DNA of 63,154 nucleotides, counting the filler, from Reticulomyxa filosa (taxonomy: Eukaryota; Protista; Foraminifera): NCBI GenBank assembly GCA_000512085.1. It is 20 parts of 20 records of this genome, joined end to end, with 100 filler letters (N's around TTAATTAATTAA, not from the genome) between each part and the next. Parts side by side here need not be neighbours in the genome. Positions count along the whole stretch, not along the records: positions 10,804 to 15,135 come from ASPP01017993.1; positions 15,236 to 20,969 come from ASPP01009340.1; positions 21,070 to 23,829 come from ASPP01024688.1; positions 23,930 to 29,346 come from ASPP01006039.1; 16 more parts are not named here. One strand, given 5' to 3'. A program made the position numbers and the translations under genes. Under the pieces are notes generated by a model. That model worked only from the letters and a program-made list of their open reading frames with translations, was not told the origin of the DNA and made no database searches. Position 1 is the first letter of the stretch; every line of letters begins with the position of its first letter. Of the stretch, positions 14,029-26,239 are shown in pieces.

Positions 14029-15060
14029 TTAAAAAACTCCTTGTCTAGAAATTCGAGCAATTCGAGCGTTTTTAGATCCAAACAAAGACAAGACCTCATC
14101 CATGGCATTGTTCATAGTGTCGGCAGTAACATATTTGTTGACAATTTTTTCCTTGCCGTTTTCTGTTTCAATGATCTGGACTTCGAACACCTGTAAAAAA
14201 AAGAGCACGTCAATTTTTGACAATTTACTTTTGACTTTCTTACCTTTGCAAAAACCCAAACAACAAAAAAAAGCCTTTTATTTTACGTAACGCATTTTCT
14301 TCGTTTCAAAGAAGGTTCCCAATTGTCATCGTCTTTTGAGACATCTTGTAAAGGTCGTTTTTTCGGCCCAAGGGAGGTCCCCTATGAAAAAATAAAAAAA
14401 CAAAGGCATTTTGTCCCCATCAAATCCAAGAGAGCCAAGGAAAAATAAGTTTATCCAAAAAAGGAGAGAAATAAAGATGGATATCTACAGTGTCAGTGGC
14501 ACTCAACAAGATCAATCTGCTTGGACTCAGAGCTGTCCAAAGGAGTGGACTTTCGCTTTTTGGCTTTGGTCGATGTCTGCTGTATGATATCATATTTTTG
14601 TCGAATGCAACTTTTAAAGTTTCAGTATTTTGAAATGAGAAAGCTCTCGCTTTGTAGGAGAGAGAAGGGAGAGAAGGGAGAGAAGGAGGAGAGAGTGATG
14701 GAATCATTTGTCATCGTTACAAACAAAGTCATTACCTTTTTACTTTTGGCCTGTTTCGTCAGTTCGGGTTTCGATTCGGGCTCAGGTTCAGGTTCAGGTT
14801 CAGGTTCAGGCTCAGGCTCAGGTTCGGCTTCAACACTGGCATTAAGTTCAAATTCGGATTTCGTCTCTGTGGGTTGGGCTTGTTTCTGCGTCCCACTGTT
14901 GCTTGTAAATTCTCCCCGAGCATTCGGGGCCGTGTCGGTGTTGCTATCATCAAACCAGCTTTCCGATTGTGTCGCGGTCGACGACGGGTTAAGCCAAGTG
15001 TTCTCGTCCTCTACTGTTTTCATTACAAGTCGGCGCGGTTGTTTTTTCGTTTCTTATTAA
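14029..15060 (-). CDS. Hypothetical multi-exon low-complexity protein with an (EP)n tract, probably 5' partial
   Basis: GC-richer coding blocks with a Glu-Pro repeat at about 14780-14828; possible NLS (LKRRK); last exon ends ...RISRQGVF*. Confidence 0.45.
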
Positions 15061-15321
15061 ACACATTACATTACACAAAAACAGGGGTTTATTTTCCATC
15101 TACAACCAATTTTTTTTTTTTTTTTTTTTTTTTTTNNNNNNNNNNNNNNNNNNNNNNNNNNNNNNNNNNNNNNNNNNNNTTAATTAATTAANNNNNNNNN
15201 NNNNNNNNNNNNNNNNNNNNNNNNNNNNNNNNNNNAAAAAATGATATATCTATATGTACATATAGATATATCATTTTTTTTAGTTTTTGCTTCCCCTTTT
15301 TTTTTGTAAAAAAAAAAAAAG

Positions 15322-17109
15322 GTTGGTGGCTCGTGGCAGATTTTTCACTGTATGGAGCGGAATTGGTAACTTTTGCGATGATAATTCTGCTATGGCGTGT
15401 TCGATTCAACGACTATTTACAAAATCAGACGCGACTTTACGCGATCGATCGTCGCGATTGTGTTGATGGGAATCTACTTTGGCGAGTGCGACCAGCTGTG
15501 GAAGTCAGGCACGATAGACACAATATCGTATACGATAGCCACGTGCATCATCTATCCGCTCATCTTCCTCATCACAGGACTGCTGCTCACGTGGCACCCT
15601 CTGCGCGTCCACGACATTGACTTTTCATTACTCGGCTGGCTGCGCTTTCAAAGGCAGGCGCAACATAACCCCGCGCTGTCTCCCAAAGACATTACCATCT
15701 TCAAATACATCGAAGGACAGCGACGTCTGGACGATGGTACTTTACCCGACCAAATCCGCATTGTGTTACCCCAGTCGGACGCCGCCCCCTCTCCAGAGTT
15801 TCCAACCCCTCTCCCGACTCCACCCGTTCGCACATCGCACGCCATTACGAGTCAGGTCTTCAGCGTCGCTCCTTTGGCGCCCCCTGCTGCCGCCGCCGAC
15901 GTCCAAAGACCCACTGTGGTCTCCATCAACCAGTTCGAACTCCCAAAGTCCAATTCCGATATTCAAGAAAAAGAAGAGAGTTTGCAAAGGTTTTATGTGC
16001 AAATATTTGATATGTACTATTATATTATATTTTTAATATAATATAATGTAATAAAATATAATAATACATATATTTTATTATACGTATATATACACATCCT
16101 AAACTCAGTGCTAAAATAGTTCTAGAGAAGACCAAGTCGGTGACATATGACGGCCCCTCTTCTCGCAAGGACACGGAACTTTCCGACAGCTTGAATTGGG
16201 AGGAGATATTCATGGAAATGGAAGTGTCGGCGACGGAGTCGCACTTGGCAGAGACACTCAAAGTAATAGTAGCAACGACGACAACGACGGAGGCGGACGC
16301 AGCTGGTGGGAAGAATGCTGACAATGCCGATAACAAGGACGGCAATGAGAAGAAAAAAAATGAAAATGAAGGCCATGGAATCAGACGCATGTTTCGACCG
16401 AAGTTGAAACGGAAAAAGTCGAAGATCATCAAGCAGGTATACATTCCTTTGGAAAAGTTAATTCGTGACGACAGTGGCTTCGACGCGTTCATGAAACATT
16501 GCTTGAAAGAGTTCAGTAGTGAAAACCTACTTTGTGTGGTCGAGTGCGTGCAGTTCCAACAGTTTGCTTTTGAAACGCTGTGGAAGCCCGAAGAAACCGA
16601 AATGAAACTCATTTACACGGGAGGAACTATCGACATTCAGTTGGATCGACAAGAAGCGTATGATACCGTCAATCAGTACAAACTTTGGAAGGGGCTTCCA
16701 CCTTCGGAAATTGTGTTTGATGAAAAGTTGGACATTGCCGAAAAAGGCGTTAAATTAATTGAAAAATATATTCGCCCAAGTGCTCCCTTTGAAGGTTCAT
16801 TTGAAAATAGACTCTTTTTTTTTTTGCCTTGTTTTGTTTGGATATACAACAAGTATTATATAGAAATACATACATAAATATTACTTGCACACAGTGAATA
16901 TTAGTTACAGTATGCGAAATGACTATTTCATTCCTTACAAAAAAAAGGCATTTCCAAATACGAATGATAAAAACTGGATTTTATATTTTCAACCGATTAT
17001 TTCTGAGCTTATTCATTTGATGCGAGACAGCCACAGTCGCTTTGTAAAAACTGAAGATTACAAGCAATTGCTTTTACATAAGAGACTGAGAAAACACACT
17101 GACGCATGA
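15322..17109 (+). CDS. Multipass transmembrane RGS protein (7TM-RGS-like): last three TM helices, long linker and RGS domain; 5' partial
   Basis: Three hydrophobic segments, then the RGS box PLEKLIRDDSGFDAFMKHCLKEFSSENLLCVVE...LIEKYIRPSAPFE|VNISYSMR...ELIHLMRDSHSRF. One 1-nt frameshift at the T run 15416-15418. Confidence 0.88.
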
Positions 17110-17672
17110 TATACACATTAGATTTTTTAAATGTCTTTTTGAACTGTGGTTTTTTTTTTTTTCTTTTGTTGCCTACTTTTCATTTCTGTGTTCTGTTCAT
17201 TTTCGATGCAATTAATAATCTTTCTTTGAGTTTTGTTAATAAATATATCTCAAGTGAAAGATAAAAAAAAGTGAATTGCTGCTGTATGTAAATCTTTAAT
17301 TCAATTGAATAAGTTTGTTAACATTTTTTTTTGGTCACATCAATATTTTAGAATGTATTGTAAATCGCAATAAAGGCCGTTTAAATACAAAACGATAAAT
17401 AATCAGATAAAATTCATTGTTTTGTTTTTGTGTTCATTCTGTCAAGATTTTTGTTGACTATTTAATCGTTTGGATGCATCGCTGGTAGGATGACATCCGC
17501 TTCTGTCCTGCGAAACGAGACAGAAGAACCATGAAAAATTTATGAAATATTTAAATAATAACAGATATGGCAATCACAAAGTAAATTTGACGTGTAATAA
17601 TTATTTATCAAAATTATGCTTTTGTCAAATATTAATTTTCGTGAAAAAAGAATAAGCTTTTTAAAATTGTAA

Positions 17673-18400
17673 TCATTCCACTAAATACACCTCAAGTTCT
17701 TTCACTTTGAATGGAGATATATCTGCCAATCTTGGTTCATCTCTTCGATGACAGCAACTGCACAACAGAGATACGTTGTCAGAACATTGCAATTGTCATT
17801 AATGAAAAGTTCGTAGCCTATAGTAATTAGACGACAAAAAAAAACAACATAAATATGTGTTTATTATTTATTTATTTAGTGCACACTATTGATTTATTTA
17901 CTCTTCAATTTCAGTTTTGCATGTTTTGTTTTCTTACCAAAGCATGGACCATAAATGTTGCACCTTTGAGATCACATTTTCGATGAAATTCAGCTGCCCC
18001 AAATCCATCACGATTTCCACGATACAATAATACAGGTCTGCTTGAGTTACCTTTTGGTAAATATGACAAAATTGTATTTATTTCTTTTGTTTAATTATGG
18101 TAGAGTACAAATTTTGAATAATATCCAATGTGATTGCTTTTGAAAAAGGAGTAAATGATATTCCTTGACAACACGATGCTCTAATTCTTAATGAGTATTT
18201 TGTATTCCATTCAAACGGATAACTTTCATAAGATTCAAATATTCCACCAGATATATTGCTTTGATAAACAAATAATAAAAATTGCTGATACGTTGGCGAA
18301 TAAGAAAATAAATAAAAAACTAAACGTGCTTGTATGTCCATGGAAAATACATAATGATCTGGCTGTTTTAACAAAGAAAAAGAAAAAGTTCAAACATGAC
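17673..18400 (-). pseudogene. FN3-like plus TLDc domain gene, disrupted
   Basis: WNTKYSLRIRAS..G.SFTPFS (FN3 C-terminal strands), then LLYRGNRDGFGAAEFHRKCDLKGATF and terminal FKVKELEVYLVE* (TLDc motifs). Frameshifts present and the central TLDc segment is missing. Confidence 0.75.
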
Positions 18401-18642
18401 CACTTTTCAATGGAATAATGAAACTTCTTCCAAATAAGTTTACAAGTTGGTCTGTGGGTTTTGAATGACAAACAAATTGCAAGAATCTTACAAAAGATAC
18501 GACAGCTGTCAGTCTGAGCGATCGAATTGTGTATAACGTCGCAAAGAAAAGTCCAAAGAAGAGATAAAAGCCCAGCAAGTGCAAGTTAAGTGTTGTGTTA
18601 ATTCAAAAGATTTTTATAAGACAAGAAGTTGGAAAAACATTA

Positions 18643-20924
18643 TCAATTTACTCCATCTTTTTTATTGTCGAAAAAAGGGTGTCCCCAAATACAAACGGAG
18701 CCTAACAACGAACCATAGCATAGATAAATTCCACGATCCCAATCATTATTACTTTCGTTTTTCTTTTTTAATTGTAAAAATTTAAGGCAAGATATTCCAT
18801 CATCTCCTTTGAACGAATACAATTTCTTTTTATTTGCTCGAATATCCCAAAAACGAATTGTTTTGTCATTTGATCCAGAGCATACTACAGTTGAACTACC
18901 AATAACTTTATCATTACTTATTTCAAATGGTGAAAATTCAACAGCATTTATCCAGCTTGTATGTCCCTTAAATGCACAAACTTGTTTACCAGCTCGAATG
19001 TCCCACAAACGAATACTTTTATCATCTGATCCAGATAATATTATATTTTTTAACTCATTTGTTCCATATTTTACACTAGTTACATAATTCGTATGGCCTT
19101 TGAATACATTTAATCCTTTGGTTGTTTCAATATCCCATATTCGAATAGTATGATCAAATGATCCAGAACAAATAGTATATCCATTTCCACCAATCGCACC
19201 AATACCATTTTTATTCTGGTTGTCATTGTTTTGTGGTGATGAAAAACCCACACACCAAATACCAGAGCTATGTCCATGGAAAGTATGTATTGATTTGAAT
19301 GTTTCAACATCCCATAAACGAATTGTTTTGTCACCAGATCCAGAACATAAATATCTGCCATTACTAAATGGTGAGAATTCAATACCACCAACCCATTCAT
19401 TGTGTCCAGCGAATAATTGCAACTGTCGACCACTTTTGAAGTCCCAAAAACGAATAGTTCTGTTATGTGAGGAAGAACAAATGACATTTTGAAGATGATT
19501 ACAATGAAAAAATGTTGAAAATTTCACACAATACACTTCATCTGCGTGTTTATTGAATGTCTGAATTAGTTTATTGTTTTCGATATCCCATACACGAACT
19601 GTTCTATCATCTGATCCAGAACAAATGAATTGGCCATCATCAAATATTGCATAATCAATACTCCGTACAGGTTTAGAGTGATCACGGAATGTCGTGAGTA
19701 ATTTGGATGAACGAAATGTATCAAAATTAAGTGTAAAAGATGAACAATCTGGTTCTTTTTGTTCTTCAGTTTTAATAGCCATTTTGAATTTTAATTGATC
19801 TAACTCATTCTTTATTGTATATGTATATGTATATGTATACGTATATTATAACAAATAAATAAACAAATTAAAATAAAAGTAAACTTTATATGCATCATTT
19901 TGTTTCGAAAGTTGGGCGAGTTTTTCATTTTTTTCTTGTAATAACGTTTTAAGTTGGTTGTGTTGATTGGTCATCTGTTGTTCTTTTTTAGTAAATTCTT
20001 TTTTCAATAATTCAAAATCTGCACGATATTTAAGTATTTCTTGTTGGAGATTATTTTGTAATTTTTTCATTTTTTTTTTTTTTTCATTCCATTTTTGTCT
20101 CAAATTACTTTCAATTTGGATATTTTTATTATCTAATTTTAACGGTTGAGTTTTGTCTTTTTGTCCTTTAATTTCCAATTTTAATTGTTCTATTTCTTTC
20201 TAAATGTTTTTATTTTATACAAAAACTACAATTAATACATTGTTTTGTTTTTTTTTTCAACACAATGAACAAAAATAACAATTAGAGTGGTTTCATTCAA
20301 TTGGTATCGTTTCATCTTATTTTGAGGAATTGTAATATAATTCAGCAACAAATCCAAATGTTTCTTCATTTGAGATTGTACATGTTGTTCAGCATTAAAA
20401 TTAAACAAAACATCATTACATCCAAATTTCTTAAATTTGCATTCCAAAGGTTTCAAAGGACATGTATTTTCTAAATGTTTTTTTATGCTTTCTATCTTTC
20501 CTTTAAAATTACAAACATGTCCAGTTTTTGTGGTAATATCTTCTTCTTTTTTTTGGATAATTGCTTCTTGATCGAAATGGCTCATAAATTGTCGAGGACA
20601 GATCACGTTTAAATCACAAATAATCCTCATTATAGTGTTTGCTCTCGTATAGCTGCAAGTACCATGCTTCCCAACAGGACATTGATTATTATTCTCATAC
20701 AAATACTCTATCAAACATTGCTCACCAACAATCAATGTATCTTCGCTACCTTTGTGCTTATCACAAGATAATTCCATTGCGCTATTTGCAATTTGGCCGC
20801 ACAACAAACATTGTAGACGTTTTAGGCTGTCTTGTTTATTCGAAGCAGCCACCCAATCTTTATTGTAACAACATTGTGGTGTTACGGTTTCTGAGATTTT
20901 TTCTTTTTCTTCGATTTTCAACAT
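18643..20924 (-). CDS. RING-like plus TRAF-type zinc finger, coiled coil and 7xWD40 protein (TRAF7-like architecture), about 3 exons
   Basis: CLLC..C..H..GEQC..CPVGKH (degenerate RING), ICPRQ..CNFKG..HL..TC..CKFKKFGC..H..H (TRAF zinc fingers), a coiled-coil exon at 19846-20200 and seven GH..SGSxD..WD repeats. Confidence 0.9.
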
Positions 20925-21635
20925 TAACACGTGAAATTTTACTTTTTTTTCCCCCCCTTTTTTTTTTTTNNNNNNNNNNNNNNNNNNNNNNNNNNNNNNN
21001 NNNNNNNNNNNNNTTAATTAATTAANNNNNNNNNNNNNNNNNNNNNNNNNNNNNNNNNNNNNNNNNNNNCAAGACAAAGTTATCAGGCAATTGCCTCTAT
21101 CTTTATATACATACGTATATTACATTTGTGTGTGTATCTAATAAGAATACTATTGTCGCTTTGCTGCTTTATTTAGTCTCTAAAGTCGAATTTTCACAAA
21201 AGTTTCCTAATATTGGCACTTAAATCGTTATCATCTTTTCTTTTGCCAATTTTGCCTTGGCCTATTTTATGATTCTCTTTCGACAAATCAACAAAGTTCT
21301 CGGAGTTTCTGATTAAATGCAAATTTCCACGAATATTTTGTTCCATCTCTTCGCCAAAAAAAAGAACAATAAAAGTCTTTTTGTTTTAATCTTTTCTTTT
21401 TATTTTTAATCTCTTAGACTAACCAAAGAATCATTTACCATTAGTCAATTGCTTAAATTAAGTAATTAATTCATCACATAATTCTTTGTTGAAGCAAAAA
21501 TATTTCTTGTAAAAAAAAATGTTCGATAACATGAGCGACCAGACTGACAACTTAGCAGAACTTGAGAACAAATCCACAAACAATTAAAAGTGGCAGTAAC
21601 TGTAATTGAACTTATCTCTGATATTTTTCAATATG

Positions 21636-21837
21636 AACCTCTCCTGCGCGTTCTGCATGTTAATCACTCAGCGCCGACGGTTTTGGACCTGCAAGGTTTC
21701 TTGAATGGTCCATACGCGTGTTTTGGATACAGATGATGCGAAGAGTGGATTCCATCCTCTTTTTTAATTTTTTTATTGAAAATATTTGAAAAAACAATTT
21801 TCTCTTTAAAATTTCATTGAAGCAAACTAGTTGAAAA
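21636..21837 (+). repeat. Dispersed GC-rich structured repeat, copy 1 (copy 2 at 39436-39613)
   Basis: Shared blocks aacctct, cgttctgcatgt, actcag.gccg, gttttg, gtttc, ttttgg.t.cagatg.tgcg.agag, oligo-T and aaatttcatt.aagcaaa. Confidence 0.8.
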
Positions 21838-21899
21838 TAAGTTTTGAAAAATAATGTTACTGTGCTGCTAACGAAATTTTGTGATCAATTTATTTTAAT

Positions 21900-22620
21900 C
21901 CAAAAAGTAACTAAGATTTGTTCCATTTGTTATTTTCAAAACAAATTTCGCTATATCATGGAACAATTTCTGCAATGAGTTATTCTTTGTGAACTTTACA
22001 TATATTGTATCTTAGATGATTTGCTGTTTGTACAAATTACATCCATACAATGATGGATTGAAGGAGTTTTTGATTTCCCAATGTATTTAAATAATTGGAT
22101 AAAGAGAAAAATATTATGTAATAATACCTCTTTATTAGCCTTTTTTAATATTTTTTAATAATATTTCTGTGTTTACATTTATCAAATTCATATTCAAATA
22201 ATATTAATTCATCTCTTCCATCCATAAATTGAACACTCATTTGTAATTTATCTATTGCATTTCTTGTTTCAAAGCCATTGAATATAAATTCAATGACTCT
22301 TTGTGTGTTATGTTATAAAAATCTTTCGAAATGATATAAAAAGAGTTAAATTCATGTTTGTTGAAATGTAGCTATAACAATTGAACAATTGCATAATTTC
22401 AAATGGATTTGGTTGTACGATATATAATTGATAAATACGTTTGTATGTGATACACAATTTGATAATTCATATATCTCTTGATAATAAATTGCACAGAAGC
22501 TCCAAATATGATTAAAAATGAAATATACCATTTACTATGTGTAGTGATCATAGCAATTGGCATACATCCAATCAAACACCACTTTCGGATTGATTTTAGT
22601 TAGTAATACAATTACGATTT
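21900..22620 (-). pseudogene. Degraded AT-rich gene relic of an unidentified expanded family
   Basis: Broken coding fragments such as HWEIKNSFNPSLYGCNLYKQQII*DT..NNSLQKLFHDI, with many stops. Confidence 0.35.
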
Positions 22621-22655
22621 TCACCTGTTCCCATGTGAGTTGAGTCGTTTCGTCA

Positions 22656-23810
22656 TTAATTTCCAGTTGTTCGTACAATGATAAAATTAGTTATTGGGAT
22701 AGCCTTTGTGTCAATGTCTCTTGAGAGATTTCCTCGTTCGAATACTATTGTTTTAAACAATGCTTTCCATTGATCTTTTAATCTTTCTTTTGAGTGTTTG
22801 TCATCCTCTTCGTCTTCCGTTTCATTTGCATTATTATGTTCGGTTGTGTCTTTCTTTTTGTTTCGCTTGACTCGTCTTTGGTTATAACTGCTATTTTTAG
22901 ACTCTTTTAAAAACAAGTTTTTCAAAAATGTATCTTTGGCAATGTGCATATCCGGCAAATCCGAAAAATGAATGACATCAATTGACTTAAAATGGGCTCC
23001 ACTTATATTTTTTTCCCTCTTTTTTTTTTGCTCTGGTTTGACAACCAGCATGTATTGGTTGGAAGTCAATGTCTCTGTTGCTGCCTTTATCGGCTCGGAG
23101 ACTACTTATTATTGCGTTGACTCTGTGACTGGAGCAGCATTTATTGTTTCCTGTGATGCAAAGGCTTATCATTCTTGCTGTTGGTGTCAATATCTTCGGT
23201 GACTGCGGAAGTCGACAGCGCATGAGCACTGCCCTCTTGACATCCTTCCAGTCTCTAATTGCGCAATGCATCACGGTCACTGTATGAATAATGTCGCAAT
23301 TTGTAATAAGAAGGACAGATTCGTCTTTCGTGACGCAGCGAATGGCAGGTTTGCTATTGGGATCTAATGTTTCCATTCGAACATGCGCTAATCCCTCATC
23401 CATTGGGCTCTTTCAAGTGTCTGCCTTTCCATTGGTCGCCAAATGGTGTATAATTCCCTTTTCGCCCATTTCTTTAATGTTGACTTCCAGATGGAATATC
23501 TTGCGAATAAATGTGCGTTTCCTGGTGACCAGCTTAACTTGTGCTGTCCTTCTTCGAGGGACGCCGTTTCTCGGGATCGTTTGGTTCGCTTGACTCCCTT
23601 GTGACATTCGTGTTATCTTTGCCTCACTTAACACGTCCAAAAACAACGTGTTCATTTGCTCATGTGATTTTTCTGATAGGCGATAAAGCAGCAAGTTTTG
23701 ATTGTCAAATATTACTGTTGGAACCGCAAAGAGGAAATCAAACACAAGTGCATATTTATATATTTGTATAAGATATATGTATACGTTTTTAAAAATAATT
23801 GGAAAGTACC
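22656..23810 (-). pseudogene. Unidentified coding region with an in-frame TGA and a frameshift
   Basis: ORFs 23413-23745 and 22987-23403 share a frame and are separated by one TGA; coding continues in another frame (22656-23069). GC-richer than flanks. Confidence 0.4.
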
Positions 23811-23929
23811 TTTGACAAACAAAAACTTGNNNNNNNNNNNNNNNNNNNNNNNNNNNNNNNNNNNNNNNNNNNNTTAATTAATTAANNNNNNNNNNNNNNN
23901 NNNNNNNNNNNNNNNNNNNNNNNNNNNNN

Positions 23930-24381
23930 CATTTGCATTTACATTTGCATTTACATTTGCATTTGCGATTATTTGAGTGTGGCTAACTTTGTATTTGCTT
24001 TCATGCTCAAGGGTGTCATCGGCAGTCTCATGGTCTTCATCGATGGCATGCAGCTTCGTATGTTCGTGCGCGTGCCGAGATGGATGTGCATGTGCATGTG
24101 GATGTGATGCCGGATTCAATCGAATGTGCTCGTGATTCGATTGGATATTTGACAATTCTTTTTCCTGGTGTCTTAGTATTATTATTATTAATAACTTTTA
24201 TTCACAACAATAACAACAATAACAATAACAATAACAAGAAGAAGAGATTAAAAAACTGTATTAAAAGTTGATTGAAAAGAATGAGATCCATCGGAGAAAT
24301 GCAAAGTCGGTGGAAAATAGCGGAAATAGGATCGACAACAAGCGAGCGTAAATGAGTTTGAAAAAAGGTATTTGTTTGTGA

Positions 24382-24430
<49 letters not shown>

Positions 24431-25592
24431 GTGTGATTGGATGGAAATGGGACGCTGTAAAAGCAGTATCCATTGGCAAGCAATTGCAATCCAAATCGAG
24501 TGACACAAAGTAAGTCTTGTCGATACCAAGTGTGATCAGCGCAGTGTTCATTTGGATTGTGTGAATGAGTGGAGTCAGTGGGATCATTTACTGGATTGGA
24601 ATTGGAATTGGAATTGGAATTGGAATTGAGAGTGGGATTGGAAGAGAGCAAATCAAAGAAAGAAGCAAATTGGCCCAAGTCTTTCCACTGCACGCACTCG
24701 AGACTGATTAGTTCAAACAGTGCAATCATGTTCTTCATGCATTGTAAATACTCATTCATTTGCGAGTGTAACGACGTACCTCCAATCCCTTTGCTTTAGT
24801 CTTGTCTTTGTCTTTGTCTATCTCATCCTGCAGTGCAACTGCATGAAGACGATGAGACAAACTTTTCGAGAGATTGTCAAAGTTTTTTAACAAAAAGGGG
24901 ACTGTCATCGAACAGTAGTGATCCAATCTTATTTTGTTATTATCATTCTTATTTTTATTCTTATTGTTATTCTTATTATTATTCTTGTTGTAATTGCTAT
25001 TGCAAAGCTGTTCAAATAAAATAGACACACATTTGATTAAAAGATTTTGAATGGCAAATGGATTGATTGGCGAGTGTTGCAACACCGATTGCAATACTGG
25101 CGGAATAGTTTCATCGGCCTCATTTGTTTCTTCGTCATTGCCGTGTTGCTCATGTTCATTTTCAATTGCCCTTTTTGTCACGTATACAAATATCGGGTCG
25201 GTAAAGATTTCCCCAAACATTATAAACGTCTCCTTCGCATTGCTGTCTTTGCACAGCGCATATATCACTTGCTCGAATCGATGGTCTTTCAACACGTATA
25301 ACAACATCAACTCTATCCACAGATCCCAACCTATCGTTTTCAACACTTCTTTGCATTTGTAGGCTTGCGCTTTCTCCTTCTCTTCTTTGCTTTCCTCCAA
25401 AAATAGTCTCGTAAATGTCTCAAAAAAACTACTTTCTTCCAACGTTGCTCTTCGCTGTTGCAAGGCCAAGTTACATATTCCTTTCACTGCTAATTGAAGG
25501 TTTGCTTCTTTATCTCCTTGCCATTCGCTTTTTTCATCTACACCCTTGGCCAATTTCTCCACTTCACCCAAAAAGATGCTAAAGGTAGACAT
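23930..25592 (-). CDS. Glomulin/ALF4/Ybp1-family helical-repeat protein, N-terminal part
   Basis: VLKTIGWDL followed by LCKDSNAKETFIMFGE match the IGWDL and GNPKE/NAKE family motifs. Poly-Asn inserts; apparent frameshift near 24790. Confidence 0.6.
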
Positions 25593-25660
25593 TTTCAAAA
25601 TACATCACATGGAAAGGGGGTCCCTCTGGCCATATGCACTGGTAACAAAACACAGTGTTT

Positions 25661-25741
25661 AAAAAGAATTTAGTCCAAATATTTGTTTTTCGTGAGGAAA
25701 GTTGATAATCTTCATAAGGTGATGTTTTTTGCAGCCTACTG
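25661..25741 (-). mobile_element. Degenerate terminus of the Tc1/mariner-like (CAGTAGG) repeat family
   Basis: Reverse complement cagtaggctgcaaaaaacatcaccttatgaagattatc..gaaaaacaaatatttggactaaatt aligns with 35337-35533. Confidence 0.6.
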
Positions 25742-26239
25742 CAGTATTTAAAAAAAAGGTTAAATATTTATTTTAACGAAGAGAAAAAGAATATTCAATT
25801 GTTGATGAAAAAGAGGAGACAATCACAGCTGATAAGTTGCTGTCAAACTTTCAAAAGTCAATTAACGTAATATAGGGCACATAAAAATACACTTTATTTT
25901 TTTAAAAAAAGAATTAGTCTTAATTGATCATCTCAATCAATAAATTTCCTCATTTTATTACAAATCAGATGTAAATGTAAGCATCTTTGTTTGTAACAGT
26001 TATTTTAAACAACACCTATTTATTGTATTTTTAATAAGTTTTATTTCTTCTCTTTTTCACAATTGTCGAGAAAGCGGATACAAAGACAAAGTGTGAAATA
26101 AGAGTTTTTTGTTTCGCTCCAAATTGACTAAAAAACTCAAAAACACTCCAATTTTTTTGAGGAAATCAGTTTTTTTTGCGACTTTTTAAAACTTGACATC
26201 ATAATAAAGAAAATTCTAACGCAACTAAACCTGAATTTA

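Noticed and set aside
14521-15060. Plus-strand (GS)n ORF resembling a synthetic linker
   Set aside because: Antisense reading of the natural (EP)n tract.
17489-17536. SECIS element (ATGA..AAA..TGA)
   Set aside because: Core-to-apical spacing is too long and there is no upstream selenoprotein.
21660-21710. Hammerhead ribozyme on the minus strand (GAAACC..GGTC, CTGAGTGA)
   Set aside because: The core is not CUGANGA, stem I does not pair, and the NUH triplet is not kept in copy 2.
23404-23415. In-frame TGA as selenocysteine or a reassigned stop codon
   Set aside because: The same region also has a frameshift, no SECIS was seen, and TGA ends the intact RGS gene, so decay is the simpler explanation.
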